Source: an uncultured bacterium
GTDB taxonomy: Bacteria; Abyssobacteria; SURF-5
Length of the DNA stretch: 15,126 nt
Assembly: GCA_964510165.1 (NCBI GenBank)
Contig: CAZEBC010000094.1
Coordinates: 1-15,126 of the forward strand
Direction of reading: 5' to 3'
Below the pieces are notes generated by a model. The model made no database searches and was not told where the DNA came from. It saw nothing but the letters and a program-made list of their open reading frames with translations. Every line of letters starts with the position of its first letter. Position 1 is the stretch's first letter. A program made the position numbers and the translations under genes. Below, one piece after another: positions 1-6,490 of this stretch.

Positions 1-777
1 CTATTTGGGGCCGCTCTTATGGGAGGCGCCGCGGTTGAAATGCGGGCAATTGGTGAGGCATTCGCAGCAGCCGTAGGAATAGCGCGCGCCAAGCGTGCCG
101 GTCACCAGCTCGAAGTATTTGTTGACCAAGCCTGACTTGCGGAACGCTTGCGAGAGGAAACCGGCAGCGAGCAGCGGGTGTGAGGTGGATTTTCGCAGGC
201 ACTTGTATTGCACGATGCCGCCGGAGCCATTGAGAGCGCCGACGGGGCAGACCTCGGCGCAGGTGCGGCAGTCGTCGATGCACAGCGATGCATCGAGCGG
301 CTTGCCGGCAGGAAGGTCGGCGGTGGTAAGGACTCCGCCGAAACGGAGGCGGTTGCCGAATTTCTCGTTGATGAGCAGCGTGTTCTTGCCCATCGTACCG
401 AGACCTGCGCGCACCGCCGCGTGTTTGAGCGAGACCATCCCCCAATACTTGCCTTCGCGCATCAGCAGAGGCAGATATGCTCCGATGGGGACCGATGGGT
501 GGCCCTCGCGCGAGAGCAGGGTGGCGACTTCAATGGCGGCGGCATCCATGGTTTGGTAATAATTTTGTGCGACATGTCCGTAGAGGTCGAGCGCATGGCT
601 TCGCGCAGTGTAGACCGGAGCCGGAATCTCTTTTCCGAACACGATGATTTTCTTGCAGTCCTTAAGAATCTCGACGGGCCTGCATGCGGTGATGGGACTC
701 GGCCAGTTGGCGGAGTCAGCGACACCGACTATGTCCATGCGGGCGTCGTGCAGGATGGATTCAATTGTATTGAGCAT
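1..777 (-). CDS. QueG/reductive-dehalogenase-like 2x[4Fe-4S] (putative cobalamin-binding) oxidoreductase
   Basis: 258-aa ORF from ATG to TAG (cta at 1-3). It has the family-typical SLKHAAVRAGLGTMGKNTLLIN..FG.RLRFGGVLT segment and two ferredoxin-type Cys motifs (CIDDCRTCAEVCP; C...GCCECLTNCP). Confidence 0.8.
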   Translation of the reverse strand: MLNTIESILHDARMDIVGVADSANWPSPITACRPVEILKDCKKIIVFGKEIPAPVYTARSHALDLYGHVAQNYYQTMDAAAIEVATLLSREGHPSVPIGAYLPLLMREGKYWGMVSLKHAAVRAGLGTMGKNTLLINEKFGNRLRFGGVLTTADLPAGKPLDASLCIDDCRTCAEVCPVGALNGSGGIVQYKCLRKSTSHPLLAAGFLSQAFRKSGLVNKYFELVTGTLGARYSYGCCECLTNCPHFNRGASHKSGPK

Positions 778-797
778 GTGTGTTGCCTGCTTAGTGT

Positions 798-836
798 AAA
801 ATGGGGGACACGATGAGACATGATGTCCCCGATTTT
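798..836. terminator. Inverted repeat; probable bidirectional intrinsic terminator or REP-like palindrome downstream of serA
   Basis: AAAATGGGGGACA (798-810) and TGTCCCCGATTTT (824-836) are complementary at 12/13 positions around a 13-nt loop. The stem ends in a T-run on both strands. Confidence 0.6.
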
Positions 837-879
837 GTTTTGTGGGGCATGGTGTCTGAGGTTTGGTCCCTTCGGCTGC

Positions 880-2463
880 TCACAATTCCATCTGCCTGAC
901 CGATATGATGTTGGGGAGTCCGGCAATCTCGTCAATCATTTCTCTTGTGGGCGCGGTGTCGATGTGCCAGAGGGAGACTGCGCGCCCGCCGGCCTTGTCG
1001 CGCCCGAGGTACATGGTCGCGATATTGATTGTGTGTTTGGCGAGAGTAGCGCCGACGTTTCCGATCACGCCGGGGCGGTCATAGTTGAATATGAAGAGGA
1101 AGTTGCCAACGGGCACGGCCTCGATGTCGAAGTTGTTGACGCGCACGATGCGAATTTCCTTGCGCCCGAAGATGGTGCCTGCGACGTAGTTTTGTCTGTC
1201 TCCCGATCGGGCGGTGATGCCGACGAGGCTGACATAATCCTCGGATTCGCGGCTGGTGATTTCGCGTATGTTCACGCCGCGCTCGCGCGCGATTGCGGGC
1301 GCACTGACGATGTTGACGCGATTGCCGAGGATGGGCGTGAAGACGCCCTTGAGCACGCTGGAGGTGATGGGGGAGACTCCATGCTCGACCACTTCTCCGC
1401 GATACTCGAGGATGATCTCCTCAATTGCAAAATCGGATATCTGGGTGAGGAACTTCCCGAGCTTTTCGCCGAGCATGAAGTAGGGGCTCACGTGCGGCAG
1501 GAGTTCGGGGCTTACGGAAGGCACGTTGACTGCGTTGCGCATGGTTCCCTTGAGCAGATAGTCCACGATCTGCTCGGCAATCGCGACGGCCACGCTTTCC
1601 TGCGCCTCTACCGTGCTAGCGCCCAAGTGAGGCGTACAGATTACGTTCGTGAGCGCACAGAGTGGATTGCCAACGGCGGGTTCAACGGTGAACACATCCA
1701 GCGCGGCCCCGCGGAGATGTCCGGAGGCGAGCGCGTCGTGGAGGTCGCGTTCGTTGACGATTCCGCCGCGCGCGCAGTTGATGAGCATTGTTCCGGGGCG
1801 CATTTTCTTGAGGGCCGTTGCGTCGAGCATGTTCCGTGTTTCGTCGGTGAGCGGACAATGAATCGAGACGAAGTCCGAGCGGGCCAGCAGTTCGTCGAGC
1901 GAGACCAGGGGGATTCCGCGTCTGGATGCGGTTTGCGGGGGGATGTGCGGGTCATAGGCCACGACACGCATTTTCAGTCCGGCCGCGCGCTCAGCCACGA
2001 TGCTGCCGATTGCGCCAATGCCGATGAGGCCGAGGGTCTTGTTGAAGAGCTGGACTCCGAGGAACTTGCTCTTTTCCCAACGACCGGCCTTCAGTGAGGC
2101 GTCGGCCTGCGGAATGCGGCGCGCGAGCGCCATCATCAGCGATATGGTATGTTCAGCGGCGGCGACAGCGTTTTCCTGCGGCGTGTTCATGACGATGACG
2201 CCCCGAAGACTGGCGGCCGCGACGTCGATGTTATCCACTCCGATGCCCGCCCGCCCGATGACCTTGAGATTATCGGCTGCGGCGAGCACGTCGGCAGTGA
2301 CCTTGGTCGAACTCCGCACAATGAGCGCATCAAACTCAGGGATGGCGGCCTTGAGACGTTCGGGGGACAAACCGTTTTCGATACGGACGTCGATATCGTT
2401 GTGGCGAGTGAAGACTTCGAGTCCCGCCTGTGAAAGCTTATCCGCTACAAGGACTTTGGGCAT
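880..2463 (-). CDS. serA: D-3-phosphoglycerate dehydrogenase (type I, with ASB and ACT domains)
   Basis: 527 aa. Motifs: RAGIGVDNID, GIGAIG Rossmann motif, INCARGG, TPHLGAST.EAQ and a C-terminal ACT domain (DRPGVIG.VG..L....INIA.M). SD AGGGAG lies upstream of the ATG. Confidence 0.96.
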   Translation of the reverse strand: MPKVLVADKLSQAGLEVFTRHNDIDVRIENGLSPERLKAAIPEFDALIVRSSTKVTADVLAAADNLKVIGRAGIGVDNIDVAAASLRGVIVMNTPQENAVAAAEHTISLMMALARRIPQADASLKAGRWEKSKFLGVQLFNKTLGLIGIGAIGSIVAERAAGLKMRVVAYDPHIPPQTASRRGIPLVSLDELLARSDFVSIHCPLTDETRNMLDATALKKMRPGTMLINCARGGIVNERDLHDALASGHLRGAALDVFTVEPAVGNPLCALTNVICTPHLGASTVEAQESVAVAIAEQIVDYLLKGTMRNAVNVPSVSPELLPHVSPYFMLGEKLGKFLTQISDFAIEEIILEYRGEVVEHGVSPITSSVLKGVFTPILGNRVNIVSAPAIARERGVNIREITSRESEDYVSLVGITARSGDRQNYVAGTIFGRKEIRIVRVNNFDIEAVPVGNFLFIFNYDRPGVIGNVGATLAKHTINIATMYLGRDKAGGRAVSLWHIDTAPTREMIDEIAGLPNIISVRQMEL

Positions 2464-2499
2464 ATGGAATCTCCCTGGACGCTAATATCCATTCTGAAT

Positions 2500-2529
2500 A
2501 AATTAGCACAAAGGAACGGGCGGAGTCAA
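2500..2529 (-). promoter_or_regulatory. Putative sigma70 promoter for serA
   Basis: Minus strand reads TTGACT (2529-2524), an 18-nt spacer, then TAATTT (2505-2500), with TG at the extended -10 position. Confidence 0.5.
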
Positions 2530-2564
2530 TTGGGCGGAAGGAGTGGGCGGAGGGGGCTGAGGGA
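2518..2564 (+). repeat. GGGCGGA direct repeats / G-tract cluster
   Basis: GGGCGGA at 2518, 2532 and 2545, variant GGGCTGA at 2554, and GGGG at 2561-2564. Confidence 0.55.
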
Positions 2565-2575
2565 GTTACGTTGAT

Positions 2576-2604
2576 TTGCAAAAGGCATTAGAAGGTGGTA
2601 GAAT
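2576..2604 (+). promoter_or_regulatory. Putative sigma70 promoter for the tat operon
   Basis: TTGCAA (2576-2581), a 17-nt spacer, then TAGAAT (2599-2604), preceded by TG-G (extended -10). Confidence 0.65.
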
Positions 2605-2673
2605 TGGTTAGGCAAAGGGTTGGAGGTGTCTAGTCGCCGGGCGCCAAGTGTGCCAGGCGCTTTTCGTAAGGCG

Positions 2674-2682
2674 AGGAGGTGA
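2674..2682 (+). promoter_or_regulatory. Strong Shine-Dalgarno of tatA
   Basis: AGGAGGTGA just upstream of the TTG at 2689. Confidence 0.8.
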
Positions 2683-2688
2683 ATTGGT

Positions 2689-2883
2689 TTGATCGGATGG
2701 CAGGAACTGCTCATAATATTGGTAATCGTGGTGCTCATCTTCGGAACGAGCAAGGTAAGCGGCATCGGCAAGTCTCTGGGCACGGCGATACGTGACTTTC
2801 GAGAAAGCATGAAGAACGAGCCCGAGAAGCCCACGGAGCCGAAAGAGGAAACCCCGAAGGAAGCCGGCAAAATAAATGAATGA
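2689..2883 (+). CDS. tatA: Twin-arginine translocase subunit TatA/E
   Basis: 64 aa, TTG start with a perfect SD. IGWQELLIILVIVVLIFG TM helix with the FG hinge, amphipathic helix GKSLGTAIRDFR and a charged tail. Confidence 0.93.
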   Translation: MIGWQELLIILVIVVLIFGTSKVSGIGKSLGTAIRDFRESMKNEPEKPTEPKEETPKEAGKINE

Positions 2884-3592
2884 TGTGAGGATGACCTTCA
2901 CCGAGCACCTGGCGGAGTTGAGGATTCGCCTGGTGAAGGGGTTGGCTGGAATTGCCGTTTTCACCGTACTGGGGTACATCTTTCATGAAGAAGTGCTCGG
3001 AATCATCAAGAAGCCGCTGGGCAATACGGTACCGCTCCATGCGTTCGACCTGTTCGAGCAGTTCTTTGCCACGCTGAAGCTCGCCGTTTATACGGGTGTA
3101 TTTTTTGGACTTCCCTTTCTTATCTATCAGATCATGATGTTCTGTCTGCCCGCCCTCAAACCCGGTGAGAAACGGGTGATCGTGGGCGGGCTGTTTTTCG
3201 GAGTGGTATTGCTTTATGGTGGAATACTGTTCTGTTATATTCTGATACTGCCGATGCTGATTACTCAACTTTCGGGTTTCTTCACGAGCGGAGTCGAACA
3301 GACGTTTTCGCTGAACATGTACGTGGACAAGGTCTTCAGGACCATCATAGCGTTCGGGTTGGGTTTTCAGCTTCCGATCGTGCTCATCATCCTGGTGCGG
3401 ATCGGGGTAGTGACCGTTGAGGGACTCAGGAAGAACAGAAAGTACATGATATTGGTAATCTTCGTGGTAGCGGCGATATTGACGCCGCCCGATGTGATCT
3501 CGCAGACAATGCTGGCGATTCCGTTGATACTGTTGTACGAAATCAGCATTTGGGTGTCGGTTCTCCTCGGAAGGGGTGAGCAATCCACATGA
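2876..3592 (+). CDS. tatC: Twin-arginine translocase subunit TatC
   Basis: 238 aa with about six hydrophobic segments. Motifs: EHLAELRIRL, YQI..F.LPAL...EKR, FQLP, LTPPDVISQ..LAIPL..LYE. Overlaps tatA by 8 nt. Confidence 0.95.
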   Translation: MNDVRMTFTEHLAELRIRLVKGLAGIAVFTVLGYIFHEEVLGIIKKPLGNTVPLHAFDLFEQFFATLKLAVYTGVFFGLPFLIYQIMMFCLPALKPGEKRVIVGGLFFGVVLLYGGILFCYILILPMLITQLSGFFTSGVEQTFSLNMYVDKVFRTIIAFGLGFQLPIVLIILVRIGVVTVEGLRKNRKYMILVIFVVAAILTPPDVISQTMLAIPLILLYEISIWVSVLLGRGEQST

Positions 3593-4047
3593 TCGGCATC
3601 GGGCCATTGGAACTAATCGTGATTCTCATCGTTGCTCTGCTGGTGATTGGCCCTGAAAAGATGCCCGAGGTTGCGCGGGCACTGGCCAAGGTGATGCGAG
3701 ACCTGCGCGTGGCAATGGACGAGGTGCGGGAGCAGTTCGAGGAATTTACAAGGGAAGACTTGATCGGGAAGAAAGAAATCGAGAACTATTACAAAGAGAC
3801 CATTGACAGCGTGAAGAAGACGATAGAGGCTCCTGAGGAGATGAAGAAACTCGACAAAGACCTCAAGGAAGTTGCGAAGAGTGTCGAATGCGAGGATGTC
3901 TTTGGTCTGGAGCCGCCCAAAGAGGTTCAGGACGCTGCGAGGGAACTTGGAGACGTTGGAGAAGAGATCAAAGAGGCTATTCAGCAAGACCGCCAAGAAG
4001 AAGAACACGGCAGACCAGTCACGCCACCCGCACAGCCTACCCCTTGA
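3589..4047 (+). CDS. tatB: Twin-arginine translocase subunit TatB
   Basis: 152 aa. GIGPLELIVILIVALLVIGPEKMPEVAR has the TatB-type E8 and GP hinge, followed by a long charged helical tail. ATGA overlap with tatC. Confidence 0.88.
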   Translation: MIGIGPLELIVILIVALLVIGPEKMPEVARALAKVMRDLRVAMDEVREQFEEFTREDLIGKKEIENYYKETIDSVKKTIEAPEEMKKLDKDLKEVAKSVECEDVFGLEPPKEVQDAARELGDVGEEIKEAIQQDRQEEEHGRPVTPPAQPTP

Positions 4048-4110
4048 CTCCGTGCAGACGCGGTTCATGATTCCACGGCCAAAATCCGCCTTAGCGAAGC
4101 TTCCAACTCC

Positions 4111-4140
4111 TTGACACTCCAGATTTTGGTGTGATAATAT
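4111..4140 (+). promoter_or_regulatory. Putative sigma70 promoter for the glycosylation operon
   Basis: Perfect TTGACA (4111-4116). The -10 is GATAAT (4133-4138, 16-nt spacer) or TAATAT (4135-4140, 18-nt spacer); each has an upstream TG. Confidence 0.65.
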
Positions 4141-4197
4141 CGGTGCTGATTTCCGCCGGATTTCTTGGGAACAATGCCGTAAAGGGAGGAAGCGAGG

Positions 4198-5463
4198 TTG
4201 GCGGCTCAAAAGAAGATATGTGTGCTGGGGCTGGGCTATGTGGGCCTGCCGACCGCATGCATGTTTGCGGTGCAAGGTCATACCGTCGTTGGAGTGGACG
4301 TCAATCCTCGGGTAGTTGACACAGTGTCCAAGGGCGGCATCCACATAGAGGAGGCCGGCCTCAAGACAATGCTGCAGGCGGCGATAAACAGCCGCAACCT
4401 CGTGGCGCGAGGTAAAGTTGAGCCCGCCGACGTCTTCATAATTGCCGTTCCGACTCCGATCACTGTTGATAAACGCGCGGATTTGGGCTACGTCGAGCGG
4501 GCGGCGCATTCGCTGGTTCCTGTGTTGGCACGGGGCAATCTCGTGATCCTGGAATCAACCGTTCCTCCCGGCACAACGGCCAACCTGCTATGCGAAATCC
4601 TTTCCAAGTCCGGCCTGAAGGCGGGGTTAGACTTCCATGTCGCTCATTCACCGGAGCGCGTGCTACCGGGGAACATTTTCAGCGAGCTTGTCTCGAACGA
4701 CCGCGTAATCGGCGGGATCACGCCAGAGTCGGCTCACGCGGCCGGTGACCTCTACAAGACATTCGTCGAGGGAGAGATATTTTTGACGGATGCCACGACC
4801 GCCGAGTTGGTGAAGCTTACGGAGAACACTTTTCGAGACGTAAACATCGCGTTTGCCAATGAATTAGCGATGATCGCCGCCGAACACAACGTGGATGTGT
4901 TCGAGGTGATCGCGCTGGCGAATCGGCACGCGAGAGTGAAGGTGCATCAGCCCGGGCCGGGCGTGGGCGGACATTGCATTCCGGTGGACCCGTGGTTCAT
5001 TGTTGAGAGATGCAATTCCGGGGGCGCCCTGATACGGAGCGCCCGCCAGGTGAACGATACGGCTCCGGAGCGGATTGTGGAGTTTGTGGAGACGGTTATT
5101 GGCGGGGGAGACGACAACAAGATATGTGTTTGGGGGCTCGCGTACAAAGGCAACGTAGACGACACGCGAGAAACTCCGGCGTTGCCCATAATACGAGCGC
5201 TTCGTCGGCGGAATTACAGGCTCGGCCTGTTCGATTTCCACGTGAAGGACTTCGAGTTCGAGCTTGACAGCCTCGAGAACGCCGTGAGCGGCGCCTCCTG
5301 TATTTTGTTGCTGGCCAACCACGAAGAATTCAAGTATCTCGACCCCGACCTTATCGGTCAGAAGATGAAGCGGCGGATGATCATGGATACGCGCAACTGT
5401 CTCGATTCGAGGAAGTGGAAAGAGGCGGGATTCGAGTTCTATCTTCTTCGGAAGAAATTGTGA
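4198..5463 (+). CDS. wecC: UDP-N-acetyl-hexosamine (ManNAc-type, WecC-like) dehydrogenase, UDP-glucose/GDP-mannose dehydrogenase family
   Basis: 421 aa, TTG start with GGAGG SD (4185-4189). Motifs: GLGYVG, IAVPTP, ESTVPPG, PERVLPG, KLTEN.FRDVNIAFANE, catalytic GGHCIPVDP, GLAYK..DD.RE.P. The exact substrate is inferred. Confidence 0.85.
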   Translation: MAAQKKICVLGLGYVGLPTACMFAVQGHTVVGVDVNPRVVDTVSKGGIHIEEAGLKTMLQAAINSRNLVARGKVEPADVFIIAVPTPITVDKRADLGYVERAAHSLVPVLARGNLVILESTVPPGTTANLLCEILSKSGLKAGLDFHVAHSPERVLPGNIFSELVSNDRVIGGITPESAHAAGDLYKTFVEGEIFLTDATTAELVKLTENTFRDVNIAFANELAMIAAEHNVDVFEVIALANRHARVKVHQPGPGVGGHCIPVDPWFIVERCNSGGALIRSARQVNDTAPERIVEFVETVIGGGDDNKICVWGLAYKGNVDDTRETPALPIIRALRRRNYRLGLFDFHVKDFEFELDSLENAVSGASCILLLANHEEFKYLDPDLIGQKMKRRMIMDTRNCLDSRKWKEAGFEFYLLRKKL

Positions 5464-5512
5464 TGCAGGAGTTCGAAAAGCTGCGCGGCCAGAGTTGGCT
5501 TCCAGGGGCACA

Positions 5513-6490
5513 ATGAGCGATTCGCCCGACATCTATTGCAGCATAGTATCTCCCATGTACAATGAGGAGTCCAACATTGCTTCGACAGTGGAGACGCTCG
5601 AGCGGGTGATGTCGAGCGTCGGCAGGCCCTGGGAGCTCATTTTGGTGAATGACGGCAGCGTTGACCGGACGCTGGAAGTCGCCGAAGGGCTTTGTCGCCA
5701 GAAGTCATACGCAAGGGTGATCACGTACATGCCCAACCGTGGCAGGGGAAGAGCGCTTCGAACGGGATTCGCGGAGGCGAAGGGACGATACCTTTTGACG
5801 ATCGAGTCCGATTTGAGTTGGGACGCTTCCCTAATACCTCAGATGTTGGGCATTCTGGAGCGCAACGAGGCCGACCTGGTTTTGGCGTCGCCGTACACAA
5901 GGGGAGGGGCAACCCAGGGAGTGCCGCCGGGCCGACTGCTGGTGAGCCGTCTGGGCAATCTCATCCTCAGCCAGGTCGTTCCCGGCAATTTCAAGATGGT
6001 CACCCAGATGTTCCGGGCATATAAGAGGGAGGTCGTGGACTCGCTGGACCTCGAGTCGGACGATAAGGAAATCCACCTGGAGATTCTGTCAAAGGCGTTG
6101 GCGCTCGGTTACAGAGCGCGGGAAGTGCCCGCGGTGCTTCGCTCGCGCGGAACCGGCAAGTCAAAATTCAAATTCGGCAAGACAATCGTCTCCCATCTGG
6201 CGTTTTCGTATTTTCAGAAGCCGCTCTTTCTGTTCGGAATAGCTGGATTTGCGTTTCTCGTGCTCGCGTGCATTGTGGGGGTCTATCTCGCAATTGAGTT
6301 CACGCGCGGCAAGCTCAACCCGGACCGTCCGCTCATGACACTTCTTGTTATTCTGCTTATCGGGGGACTTCAGTTCGTGTCACTTGGCCTGGTGGGCACG
6401 CAGATAGTGCAGCTTCGCAAGGAGGTCTATCGTATCCAGATGAGAAACAAGGAACTGGAGCGATTGGTCTCCGAAGAAAAAGACCGATGA
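5513..6490 (+). CDS. GT2 polyprenyl-phosphate glycosyltransferase (GtrB/ArnC/DPM-like) with two C-terminal TM helices
   Basis: Motifs: SIVSPMYNE, VNDGSVD, NRGRGRAL..G and a DxD position reading ESD; two hydrophobic C-terminal helices. ATG 5513 (AGGGG upstream) is preferred over TTG 5495. Confidence 0.88.
   Translation: MSDSPDIYCSIVSPMYNEESNIASTVETLERVMSSVGRPWELILVNDGSVDRTLEVAEGLCRQKSYARVITYMPNRGRGRALRTGFAEAKGRYLLTIESDLSWDASLIPQMLGILERNEADLVLASPYTRGGATQGVPPGRLLVSRLGNLILSQVVPGNFKMVTQMFRAYKREVVDSLDLESDDKEIHLEILSKALALGYRAREVPAVLRSRGTGKSKFKFGKTIVSHLAFSYFQKPLFLFGIAGFAFLVLACIVGVYLAIEFTRGKLNPDRPLMTLLVILLIGGLQFVSLGLVGTQIVQLRKEVYRIQMRNKELERLVSEEKDR

Noticed and set aside
1-777. Idea that the Fe-S/cobalamin protein is a Tat-exported respiratory reductive dehalogenase
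   Set aside because: It has no RR signal peptide and is far shorter than RdhA, and no RdhB-like anchor gene is visible in the window.
208-816. 202-aa plus-strand ORF antisense to the QueG-like gene
   Set aside because: Same-register antisense shadow with no motifs.
820-2097. 425-aa plus-strand ORF antisense to serA
   Set aside because: It lies in exact codon register with serA, the typical GC-rich shadow frame, and has no recognisable motifs.
2611-2670. Possible c-di-GMP-I riboswitch (GGCAAA at 2611)
   Set aside because: It lacks the GNRA-capped P2 stem and the downstream GCAAAG/P3 elements.
2526-2979. 114-aa and 123-aa minus-strand ORFs over tatA and its promoter
   Set aside because: Antisense to tatA/tatC and across predicted promoters, with no protein-like features.
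2735-4509. 290-aa and 298-aa minus-strand ORFs opposite tatC/tatB/wecC
   Set aside because: They lie antisense to clearly conserved genes, and their composition mirrors the sense codons.
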